DNA of 48,777 nt from an uncultured bacterium. GTDB lineage: Bacteria > Patescibacteriota > Minisyncoccia > Minisyncoccales > JAQTVQ01. The notes under the pieces are model-generated. The model had not been told where the DNA came from. It saw only the letters and a list, made by a program, of their open reading frames with translations, and made no database searches. The position numbers and the translations under genes are program-made. Positions 25,555 to 33,483 of this stretch are shown here, piece by piece. The stretch lies in contig CAIMDX010000020.1 in assembly GCA_903839905.1 (NCBI GenBank), positions 1 to 48,777 on the forward strand. Direction: 5' to 3'. The first letter of the stretch is position 1. Each line of letters starts with the position of its first letter.

Positions 25555-26961
25555 TTAAAACGGAGAAGTTTCTTTCCACCTCGGGATAGGTAGATTAGCG
25601 TTTAACAGTTTGCTCCCGCTGCAACTGCTGGAGCCGGTGGTAATATCAAGCCCCACTTCCCTGTTCTTGCCAGCTGTTAAAAATCTGATTTGAGGATTGA
25701 CGGATACGGCCGTACTGCTGACGAATTCATAGTCTCCTGTGGTCATACTCGATAAGTCCCAGATATAGGATGATCCGACTTCTTGGCAGGCTATATAGTT
25801 ATTTGAAGAGTCAAAGCAAACGCTGCAAGCCCAACTCGGATTGTCCGGGCTTACTATCACGGGAGTAGTAGATGTCGTCCAACAAGTTGAATAGCATGGA
25901 TCGTTTGGATTGGCGACATCAGCCGTAGAGCAAAATTGGACTGTCTCGCTTATAGAAATTGTTTCCTTATCCCAAGCAACCCTGGCTATGGGATAATGCC
26001 TTTCAGGCGTGGAAAAATTCGGACCCTGGGTCCAATCGGAACAAGCTCCGCTCTGATTGCATACTTTCACCCACCAATAATAGGTAGATATATTGTAAGA
26101 AAGCTGATTCGCTCCCGGTATAATCTTTACCACAATCTGCTGGGTGGTTGTACTATTCACGGGATCGTTGCGGCCGGTGATTGACAAGTCAACTGCCGGA
26201 TTCGTGTCACTGGCATTGCCGGTTGTATTTACCCTAAATTGATAATTATTTAAAGAACTGCCGCCCGGGTCTTGATACAACCATTCAAAAGACGCGCTGT
26301 CGCCGCAATAATTTGCGGAGATATTGGCTGGAGGAGTTAGATTGGCGACTGTGGGAGTTGAACCCGCGAGATGGACATGATAATCAATAGTGCCACAAGA
26401 GCTGCGATTGCTGCAATTGAAGCTTAGCCAACCGATAACTCCAGCGGAAACAGCATTAGCCGTATTCCCTCCCCACGCCCAGCCGTATAATTCCTTGGTT
26501 GAATTATTCATAGCAACGCCATAAGGAGTTGAGCTGGCGTCGGTTGCTGTTCCGTTTAATTTTATCCATCCGTCCCAGCCGCTGGCTGAAGAAGAAGCGG
26601 CCAAGGCTCTGGCCCAGCCGGAGATAGCATAAGTACTATTAGACATCCTCGCCTCGCAGGTACCTGACGGACAGCCGGCCAAATCGGCAGAATTAAAACT
26701 TATCCATCCTATATCTTCCGACCAAGCTTGGCCGGACAATAAACCGGTTAAAGGATTTTTGTCCACTCCGTAATCAACGGTTGAACTTGTATTTTTACAG
26801 GAAAAACTTATCCAGCCGGCATTCTCCGACCAGGCCCAGCCCAAAAAACTGTGATCAGTGCAAGCAGCGCCGGAAATGAAAGAAGAGCTGCCAAGCCAAA
26901 AACCAATCCCAAAAATAACGCCCAAACCTAATAAAATTACCTTTTTGGCTGGGAATTTCAT
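25555..26961 (-). CDS. Secreted protein with GWxW..N.GWISF repeats and the shared C-terminal module
   Basis: 468 aa with a signal peptide. Four GW[AS]WSE[ND].GWISF[NS]-type repeats. The C-terminal ~250 aa are collinear with the C-terminus of the 1299-aa protein and end in PIPRWKETSPF. Confidence 0.85.
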   Translation of the reverse strand: MKFPAKKVILLGLGVIFGIGFWLGSSSFISGAACTDHSFLGWAWSENAGWISFSCKNTSSTVDYGVDKNPLTGLLSGQAWSEDIGWISFNSADLAGCPSGTCEARMSNSTYAISGWARALAASSSASGWDGWIKLNGTATDASSTPYGVAMNNSTKELYGWAWGGNTANAVSAGVIGWLSFNCSNRSSCGTIDYHVHLAGSTPTVANLTPPANISANYCGDSASFEWLYQDPGGSSLNNYQFRVNTTGNASDTNPAVDLSITGRNDPVNSTTTQQIVVKIIPGANQLSYNISTYYWWVKVCNQSGACSDWTQGPNFSTPERHYPIARVAWDKETISISETVQFCSTADVANPNDPCYSTCWTTSTTPVIVSPDNPSWACSVCFDSSNNYIACQEVGSSYIWDLSSMTTGDYEFVSSTAVSVNPQIRFLTAGKNREVGLDITTGSSSCSGSKLLNANLPIPRWKETSPF

Positions 26962-27026
26962 TTTAAATATTTGTTCTGTATTCCACTTCGGCCTGCATTA
27001 GAATAAAGTGTATAAATTTATATTTT

Positions 27027-29459
27027 TTATTCCGCATCCCAAAGGAAATTAACGGTTCCGATGCCGAGATTGGCCTTAGTCCAAGCAATGTAAATATTGG
27101 TAGCATCAAAAGTTACTATTCCGTAGGCACTGTCACTCCCTGATTGAAGTCGAACATCATATACGGCGCTATTAGCGGAAACTGACGCCGATGTATGGCG
27201 CAAATATGTTGACCTGTGGTTGGTACCATCAGTTGAACCGACACTCTGAATGCCGTATCCAGTAGAGCCGCAATCGGTAAACGCTGTAATCTTTACTAAT
27301 TTCGGAGTTTTTCCAAGGCCGTGCGCTATTGTCTGGGTTTCTACCGTGGCACTGTTATGGGTTCCTACTCCTCCGGTAGCGGCGACAGCAGAAGCGCTGC
27401 CTCCTACCTGCGACCAAGAAGACCAAGAGCCGGAATATCTGCCACGGATCCAAATACCGGCATCGGACGGACTGGCATAAGGTATAGCTAGCTGGGTAAT
27501 ACTACCCGAACCGTCTTTGGAACTGTATTCAAGGTTAAAAGCATGAAAATACGAAACGGGACCGGGACCGTTGGCCGCATTGCCCATAAGGAGAGTATAG
27601 CCGCTGCCCGGACGAATGTTGGAAGGATCGTTCCAATCCAAAACGCCGCCAGTGCTTACCGCGCCAAACCCTCCGATAATTTGGCCTTGGACATCCAAGG
27701 CCGCCCCCGGTACGGTCGTCCCGATGCCGACATTGCCGGTGGAAAAATATGAATTCCCTGTCGGAGAAAAATTAATATCGTTATTGTTAATCGTCATCAT
27801 ATAATCGCCGGCGTTAAATTTTCTACCTGATGATGTGTAGGCATAGCCTTTTAATACATGGAAATAAGTATAAGGCTGAATTGCAAATTCATTGGTAGAA
27901 ATAGTTCCCAATGCATCATAATTACCAGATTGACTATCCAAAGCTATTTTGCCCTTAAAGTATCCCGCGTACCCTGTACCGTTTTGTTCTGCGTATAAAG
28001 CTGAATTTGCAGAGTTGGCGTAAGCCGCGATCGTGTCGCCGGCACTGCCGGTACCTCCAACTGCCAATTTGGCGGCAGGCGCTGTCGTGCCGATGCCGAC
28101 ATTGCCGCTTCCGTCAATCCTCATTATTTCTGTATTATAAGTATAAAATCTGTGAGATAAATTTCCTCCACTACTATAATCCGTACGATAGTATGCTCCA
28201 TCGGTATTCGAGCCGATATAGAGCCTATTACCCTCTCCGCTATTAGCGTCAGCAATTAATATGCCCGAATCCGTTAAACTTGCACTATTCTGATTTATAT
28301 GCAACTTATTAGTCGGCGCTGTCGTACCGATGCCGACATTGCCATTATTTAAAATCGTCATCTTTGTATTCGCTGCCATATCCCAAACTGTTCCTTTCGC
28401 ATTAGCATCCGATGTTTTAGTTGCAAAATTTATAACTCCAGCATTAATTTCAATTGCCGCTTGGGCAATGGTTATGCTTGTAGATTTTTCGTATCCGGCA
28501 TTTCCTGATATAGGCTGAACCATATTCCCCAATAAAGCTGCTCCGCTGCTATAGGCGGAACCGAGAATAGTATAATCTCCAAAAGATAATGCATGCCCTT
28601 TTGAACCATCCCCTATCGTCAATTCGTGAACTGGTGCCGTTTGCTTAATACCGACATTCCAGGTAGTGCTGGCGGCGTAAAGGTAGCTGCCAGACTGCGT
28701 CCAATAACTGGCTCCGCCTCCCCCGCCCACTGGGCTGCCGCCGACGGTCAAGGCTCCGGAAACATTAAGAGCTCCGTTGACGGTCAACTGCTGGCTGGAT
28801 GTGGCGGCGGCGAAAGTTCCGTAGAGCAGGGCTTTTGTTTTGTCGCCCGCGGTATTTGTGCGATCTTGGTTATCTATATAGAAAGAGTTGGAACCGATTT
28901 CGTAACGGCCTGCATGGTATCCTAACGCTACATTATTGCTACCTGTAACATTAGAGCGGAGGGCACCATATCCATTAGCGGTATTTCCGCTACCTGTGGT
29001 GTTGGATTGAAGGGAATATACTCCATTGGCGGTGTTATCAATGCCTGTGTTATTGGAATAAAGAGAATACCAACCATTGGCGGTGTTATCGCGGCCTACG
29101 GTGTTAAAAAGAAGAGCATTGAGACCAACAGCAGTATTATAGTAGCCTCCAGTGTTATTACCGAGGGCACTGTTACCGACAGCAGTATTACTCCATCCTG
29201 TGGTGTTGGAACCAAGAACACCCAAGCCAACAGCGGTATTGTAGTATCCCGTGTTATTTTTAAAGAGGGAATACATTCCAATAGCGGTATTCCAGTAGCC
29301 CGAGGTATTGACCAGCCCCGATTGGTAGCCCACAAAAGTATTATTAATTCCTGTATTCGCGTTCCCCCCTGCTTGATAACCTAAAAATGTTCCGGAGACA
29401 GAATTCGGAAAGTTGATTAGGTCCTTGACTTGGATGGTATTATTAGCGATTGTTGCCAT
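27027..29459 (-). CDS. Tail-fibre-like / Hep_Hag-like beta-helical repeat protein
   Basis: 810 aa. About 12 N-terminal repeats of NT[AG].G..[AS]L..NT.G. Three NVGIGTTAP..KL motifs. A C-terminal globular domain with IAHGLGKTPKLV. No signal peptide of its own. Confidence 0.8.
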   Translation of the reverse strand: MATIANNTIQVKDLINFPNSVSGTFLGYQAGGNANTGINNTFVGYQSGLVNTSGYWNTAIGMYSLFKNNTGYYNTAVGLGVLGSNTTGWSNTAVGNSALGNNTGGYYNTAVGLNALLFNTVGRDNTANGWYSLYSNNTGIDNTANGVYSLQSNTTGSGNTANGYGALRSNVTGSNNVALGYHAGRYEIGSNSFYIDNQDRTNTAGDKTKALLYGTFAAATSSQQLTVNGALNVSGALTVGGSPVGGGGGASYWTQSGSYLYAASTTWNVGIKQTAPVHELTIGDGSKGHALSFGDYTILGSAYSSGAALLGNMVQPISGNAGYEKSTSITIAQAAIEINAGVINFATKTSDANAKGTVWDMAANTKMTILNNGNVGIGTTAPTNKLHINQNSASLTDSGILIADANSGEGNRLYIGSNTDGAYYRTDYSSGGNLSHRFYTYNTEIMRIDGSGNVGIGTTAPAAKLAVGGTGSAGDTIAAYANSANSALYAEQNGTGYAGYFKGKIALDSQSGNYDALGTISTNEFAIQPYTYFHVLKGYAYTSSGRKFNAGDYMMTINNNDINFSPTGNSYFSTGNVGIGTTVPGAALDVQGQIIGGFGAVSTGGVLDWNDPSNIRPGSGYTLLMGNAANGPGPVSYFHAFNLEYSSKDGSGSITQLAIPYASPSDAGIWIRGRYSGSWSSWSQVGGSASAVAATGGVGTHNSATVETQTIAHGLGKTPKLVKITAFTDCGSTGYGIQSVGSTDGTNHRSTYLRHTSASVSANSAVYDVRLQSGSDSAYGIVTFDATNIYIAWTKANLGIGTVNFLWDAE

Positions 29460-29461
29460 TC

Positions 29462-29743
29462 CTATGCCGACAGGGCCCAGTAAAGAAGTCTGCTAATGTA
29501 ATAATTGGAATCCTGGTTGTCGTAAAGAACGGAGGTGTAGATACCAGAGGAAGCTGTTAATATTCCGGTGACGGTCAAAGCTCCTGCTTTGGTCTGGCCG
29601 GTTCCGCTGACATTGACCGGAGCCGAAACATTCCCGTTCGGCGGAGCGACAGTTGGTTCCTGCCAGGCGGCAAGAATAAAGCTGGCGGCAAGGCTTATTG
29701 TTATGACGCTGGCCGATAAGAGGATTGGTTTTAAGCTTTTCAT
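29462..29743 (-). CDS. Signal-anchored 93-aa protein, possibly the detached N-terminus of the 810-aa protein
   Basis: Signal anchor MKSLKPILLSASVITISLAASFILAAW followed by a Gly/Thr/Ser-rich segment. Its stop lies 2 nt before the ATG of the next ORF, which is in the -1 frame. Confidence 0.6.
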   Translation of the reverse strand: MKSLKPILLSASVITISLAASFILAAWQEPTVAPPNGNVSAPVNVSGTGQTKAGALTVTGILTASSGIYTSVLYDNQDSNYYISRLLYWALSA

Positions 29744-29798
29744 TTTGTTGGCGGTAGAGATGCGACTAATTTGATTTTAGATTTATTGTATTTGCTTT

Positions 29799-30386
29799 TT
29801 AGATCTTGTTGACATAGATAACGGTAAATTCCGATTTGCCGCGGATGTTCTGGCTGGATTCAATCAAAATATTTTCCCCGATTGATAAATGTTCCAATCC
29901 AGCCATCCCTGTATATCTCGCCACATTGTTTCTCTCTGATGTGGAAGTCTTCTCTTCAAATTTGATTGTAAGCTCTCTTGATTTTTGATCTTCAAAATTG
30001 GAGCCGTCTCCTTGGATTGTTACTCCGTCAGATTGGACGGATATAATGGTTCCTTGAGTATTGAAAATAACAGAGGGCATCGTTGTTCCGGGCGGGAGGA
30101 CGGGATTGTCTATGGCCGCCGGGTTGGCTTCCGCCAACGCCTGCTCTTGGGTCTGGCCCGGCTTTTGTTCCAGCTCCCCTGTTTCTCCAGGAGAAGCATT
30201 TTTTAAAATGGTTTCTTGGCTGGCGTTATTCGCCGGCGTTTCTTCTGATATTCCAGAAGGAACAGCGACCATTTCGCATTTACGGGTTTGCAAAAGATAA
30301 AAAATAAAACCAATGTTAATGGCTTCCAGTAAAACTATTGCGGATATGAAAATAACTGTGGGTTTATTGAACTGCATAAAAGCCAT
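29799..30386 (-). CDS. Signal-anchored hypothetical protein
   Basis: 195 aa. One N-terminal TM helix, a Pro/Glu/Gln/Ala-rich linker and a ~100-aa C-terminal domain. First gene of the locus. Confidence 0.65.
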   Translation of the reverse strand: MAFMQFNKPTVIFISAIVLLEAINIGFIFYLLQTRKCEMVAVPSGISEETPANNASQETILKNASPGETGELEQKPGQTQEQALAEANPAAIDNPVLPPGTTMPSVIFNTQGTIISVQSDGVTIQGDGSNFEDQKSRELTIKFEEKTSTSERNNVARYTGMAGLEHLSIGENILIESSQNIRGKSEFTVIYVNKI

Positions 30387-30561
30387 AAACGAAATATGCC
30401 TGCCGCGAAAATTTATTAGCTGGAGTATGTAAGCTAAAAAATATTAAAAATTCAACAAAATATATTTCTGCTATTTTATTTTAACAGATAAAGAACGGAC
30501 GGCAATGCGCCAAGGTGTGGATAACTGGAAAGCGTAAATAATGTAAAAATCAAAATGCCTA

Positions 30562-30577
30562 CCTGCCAGTAGACAGG
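30562..30577. repeat. GC-clamp hairpin (degenerate) CCTGCC-AGTA-GACAGG
   Basis: Family member with one stem mismatch. Confidence 0.65.
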
Positions 30578-30588
30578 CAAAATGATCA

Positions 30589-30614
30589 TCGCTACGCGAT
30601 ATCTCGCGTAGCGA
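30589..30614. repeat. Perfect 11-bp-stem hairpin TCGCTACGCGA-TATC-TCGCGTAGCGA
   Basis: Sits between two GC-clamp hairpins. Confidence 0.8.
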
Positions 30615-30621
30615 GACAATT

Positions 30622-30641
30622 CCTGCCTACCGGCAGGCAGG
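30622..30641. repeat. GC-clamp 20-mer CCTGCCTACCGGCAGGCAGG
   Basis: Exact reverse complement of the 20-mer at 233-252. Confidence 0.9.
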
Positions 30642-30754
30642 TAAAATTACAAAATATTCGGCGGTTCGCCAAAGGATACCAACCAATAAAAAAGGGTACT
30701 TGATCATTTTGATCTTTCCCCTTATGTTGTATGATTTTGAGCATTAACCCGAAA

Positions 30755-30877
30755 TTATTTCGCCTCTTTCATCGGTTGGAAGAAAAAACACTTCTTTCTC
30801 CCCTCCTTGGCGCACCTTTCTCCTATTTCTGGTTCGTCTAATACTCTCCAAGTAAGCGCACATATATATTCGGTCAT
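30755..30877 (-). CDS. Candidate small ORF c (40 aa)
   Basis: ATGA overlap with ORF b. Translation: MTEYICALTWRVLDEPEIGERCAKEGRKKCFFFQPMKEAK. Confidence 0.2.
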   Translation of the reverse strand: MTEYICALTWRVLDEPEIGERCAKEGRKKCFFFQPMKEAK

Positions 30878-30972
30878 TCAAATCTTTCCTCTTGGGCTTT
30901 AAGTTCGTATTTTTCTATCTGCTGTTCGGCCAAAGCTATAACTGGGTTTGCAAAGCGCCATTTTCCCCGCAT
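30874..30972 (-). CDS. Candidate small ORF b (32 aa)
   Basis: AAGGAGGGGGAAAG-ATG. Translation: MRGKWRFANPVIALAEQQIEKYELKAQEERFE. Overlaps ORF a in another frame. Confidence 0.2.
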   Translation of the reverse strand: MRGKWRFANPVIALAEQQIEKYELKAQEERFE

Positions 30973-31091
30973 CTTTCCCCCTCCTTGTTCTTTAGCCGCA
31001 AATGTTCACATTTTTTAGGCAAGCATTTTGTTGCCACATCCGTTGCCTCCATCTTTTTCTGCTTGTCTGAACACAGCCAATAATGAGCCAC
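30936..31091 (-). CDS. Candidate small ORF a (51 aa, GTG start)
   Basis: AAAGGAGG-TTTT-GTG. Translation: MAHYWLCSDKQKKMEATDVATKCLPKKCEHLRLKNKEGERCGENGALQTQL. Below the 60-aa cut-off of the ORF track. Confidence 0.25.
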   Translation of the reverse strand: MAHYWLCSDKQKKMEATDVATKCLPKKCEHLRLKNKEGERCGENGALQTQL

Positions 31092-31184
31092 AAAACCTCC
31101 TTTCTTTATTCTGTTGTTAAGGTTCTAAAGGGATAAGCCTTAAAGCCTGTCCCTTTAACTCCCTAAACCTTCCGTTTCTCCTTT

Positions 31185-31215
31185 TAAAAAACAGACAAGA
31201 TCTTATCTTGCCTGT
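31185..31215 (-). terminator. Rho-independent terminator of clpP
   Basis: The minus strand reads ACAGGCAAGAT-AAG-ATCTTGTCTGT followed by TTTTTT. The single imperfect pair is G:U on the minus-strand RNA but A/C on the plus strand. Confidence 0.75.
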
Positions 31216-31230
31216 TTTTTAATTTGCCGG

Positions 31231-31824
31231 TTAAATATTTGCATCCTTTGTCTTTATCACTTCGTCTATCACGCCGTATTCCTTGGCTTCTTCCGCGGTC
31301 AGATAAAAATCTCGGTCAGTGTCTTTTTCTATCCGTTCTAACGGTTGTCCGGTATGCTTGACTAAGATTTTATTCAACCTGTCTTTAAGCTTCAGGATCT
31401 GTTTGGCCGTAATTTCTATTTCCGATGCCTGTCCGGTTACTCCGCCAGCCACTTGATGCAATAAAATCTCGGCATTAGGAAGAGAGTATCTCTTGCCTTT
31501 TTGGCCTGCGGCTAATAAAAATCCTCCCATGGAAGCGGCCATGCCAACGCAAACCGTTGATATTTCAGGCTTCACATATTGCATTGTATCGTAGACAGCC
31601 AATCCGGCAGTTACCGATCCGCCAGGGCTGTTAATATATATCTGAATGTCTTTCTTGGGGTCTTTTGACGCCAAAAACAACAACTGGGCGATAATGGAAT
31701 TAGCTAAAGAGTCGTTGACCGGCCCGGACAAAAGAATAATCCGGTCGCGCAAAAGCCTAGAGTATATATCGTAAGCCCTTTCGCCGGATTGGGTTTTTTC
31801 AATGACAGTTGGAATTAGGTTCAT
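31231..31824 (-). CDS. clpP: ATP-dependent Clp protease proteolytic subunit
   Basis: 197 aa. [20 protein letters not shown] (Ser nucleophile) and LLHQ (His) are canonical. Confidence 0.95.
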   Translation of the reverse strand: MNLIPTVIEKTQSGERAYDIYSRLLRDRIILLSGPVNDSLANSIIAQLLFLASKDPKKDIQIYINSPGGSVTAGLAVYDTMQYVKPEISTVCVGMAASMGGFLLAAGQKGKRYSLPNAEILLHQVAGGVTGQASEIEITAKQILKLKDRLNKILVKHTGQPLERIEKDTDRDFYLTAEEAKEYGVIDEVIKTKDANI

Positions 31825-31894
31825 AATATTAGTCCTTTATTTTTATTGTATCAGAGAAACGTAAAGTGTAAAGCGAAAAGCGTAAAACAAAAGT

Positions 31895-31927
31895 GTCTAT
31901 CTCGCCTGCCGACGGGCAGGGATAGAC
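31895..31927. repeat. GC-clamp hairpin with extended stem
   Basis: GTCTATC-TCG-CCTGCC-GACG-GGCAGG-GATAGAC. Core at 31905-31920. Confidence 0.8.
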
Positions 31928-31960
31928 GGATAAAATGCTAAAATATTTCCCTGGATCTAA

Positions 31961-32133
31961 TTTCAAATGTCAAAATCCAAATGTCTTATAGTCTATAAAG
32001 CCCCAATGACCAAATCCCAAATCCCAATGACCAAATCTTTCGTTTTTCGGGTTTTTTGGAAATTGAGATTTGATTGGGCATTGGACATTGGGGCTTGGGA
32101 TTTAAATTCAATAATTTGAAATTGAAAATCATT
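31961..32133. repeat. Long imperfect low-complexity palindrome
   Basis: The left arm is rich in CCCAAT/GACCAAATC words (31999-32037). The right arm is their complement (32065-32096). The outer arms are TTTCAAAT-type words. The loop is TTTCGTTTTTCGGG. Confidence 0.7.
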
Positions 32134-32161
32134 AAGGCTGTTTTACTTTTTTAGTTTACGC

Positions 32162-33418
32162 TTATAGTCCTAAGGCTTTAAACGCGTTCTCCTGCTTGAT
32201 CTCGTCTTCAACATAGGCCGAAAGCTTCTCCAGGCTGGCTCCTTTTTCAGCGGCTTTAAGGTCGGGATAATAGCTTAACATCGCGTTCACCCTTTCTTCT
32301 ATTTGTTCGGCGCTGGCCTCGGTTTTTTCCTGTTTGGCAATTTCGCGCAAAATCAAAAAGTTTTTTACGCGCTTTTTAGCCGCCTCTTCCACCTCTTTTT
32401 CAAAATCAACCTCGGTTTTGTTGATCTGTTTAAGATATTCTTCAAAGCTTATGCCTAAATTCTGCGCAACCTGGTCCTTGGCGCTGTGCATCATTTGATG
32501 CGCCTCTTTCTCTATTAATATCTGAGGCAATTCAACCTCAACTTCTTTAGCAATTTCAGTCAAAAAATTCTCTCTTTGCCTTTGAATCTCGGCCATCTTT
32601 TTTTCTTCCATAATCCCCTCTTTGATATTATTCTTTAAAGCCTCAACAGTCTCAAATTTACCCAAAGTTTTAACAAATTCATCATTAACTTCCGGCAATT
32701 CAAGCTTTTTAACAGCTTTCATCTCCACTTTTACCTTTAATATCTTGGCAGGCTCTTCTTTGGAATTAAAATCAACTTCTTTTGATTCATCGGCAGACAT
32801 TCCGACCAGGCTAGCTTCAAACTCCTTGGGATAATTGCCTTTGCCTAAAATAAAGCCGTCATCGCGGGGCTTTCCCCCTTCAATTTCCGAGGAAGAAAAG
32901 CTGATTTCAACAAAATCCTCGTTTTGAGCAGGCCCTGCTTTATCGGTCAGAGTCGCTCTGGACTTTTGAATATTAGAGACAGTTTCCTCTATTTCTTTGT
33001 CTTCAACTTTAATTTCTTTTTTCTCAACCTTTTGGGCAATGGCTTTGTATCCAGGCAATTCAAATTCCGGCATCGCTTCAAACTCAGCTGAAAAAAGAAG
33101 TTCGTTCTCTTTGGCCAGTTTTAACAGCTCTATTTGGGGCTGGGAAACCACCTCTATCTTCTGCTGGGCCAAATCTTTAATAGCTTTTGGCCAAAGGTCA
33201 TCAATAGCCAAAGTAGCTGCTTCAATTAAAAGTTTTTCCGGATCCAAACTGGCTTCAATCATGGTAATCGGAGCTTGACCTTTGCGAAATCCCGGCAATT
33301 CAATTTCTTTACTAAGGCTGAAAAGAGCCTTTTCGTAAAAAGACTTGAATTCGTCCCAAGCCTGCTCAACTTCTATTTTGACTTTTATCTTCTTATTCTC
33401 TTTAATTGTCAGTTTCAT
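32162..33418 (-). CDS. tig: Trigger factor
   Basis: 418 aa. N-terminal ribosome-binding motif GFRKGQAP. Acidic helical C-terminal domain. Lies upstream of clpP. Confidence 0.9.
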   Translation of the reverse strand: MKLTIKENKKIKVKIEVEQAWDEFKSFYEKALFSLSKEIELPGFRKGQAPITMIEASLDPEKLLIEAATLAIDDLWPKAIKDLAQQKIEVVSQPQIELLKLAKENELLFSAEFEAMPEFELPGYKAIAQKVEKKEIKVEDKEIEETVSNIQKSRATLTDKAGPAQNEDFVEISFSSSEIEGGKPRDDGFILGKGNYPKEFEASLVGMSADESKEVDFNSKEEPAKILKVKVEMKAVKKLELPEVNDEFVKTLGKFETVEALKNNIKEGIMEEKKMAEIQRQRENFLTEIAKEVEVELPQILIEKEAHQMMHSAKDQVAQNLGISFEEYLKQINKTEVDFEKEVEEAAKKRVKNFLILREIAKQEKTEASAEQIEERVNAMLSYYPDLKAAEKGASLEKLSAYVEDEIKQENAFKALGL

Positions 33419-33483
33419 ATAATTCTAATATCACTATTTATAATAAGCCAGAAGGCTTGCAAGGGTTAGACCCTTGTACAAAT

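Noticed and set aside
18057-26961. Diversity-generating retroelement targeting the C-terminal modules
   Set aside because: No reverse transcriptase is present, and I found no near-identical template/variable repeat pair with adenine-specific mismatches. The shared C-terminal modules are diverged at all base types.
27027-29459. Prophage, suggested by the tail-fibre-like protein
   Set aside because: There are no capsid, portal, terminase, tape-measure, baseplate, integrase or lysis genes anywhere in the window. The neighbours are cellular-type secreted repeat proteins that share modules with each other.
30516-30524. oriC at the perfect DnaA box TGTGGATAA
   Set aside because: It is a single isolated box with no cluster of additional boxes. 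It is kept only as a note under the strand-switch finding.
30870-30900. RNase P RNA, suggested by GAGGAAAG on the minus strand
   Set aside because: The universal CR-I GAGGAAAGUCC continuation is absent (GAGGAAAGATTTG is found instead), and no CR-IV or CR-V elements are nearby.
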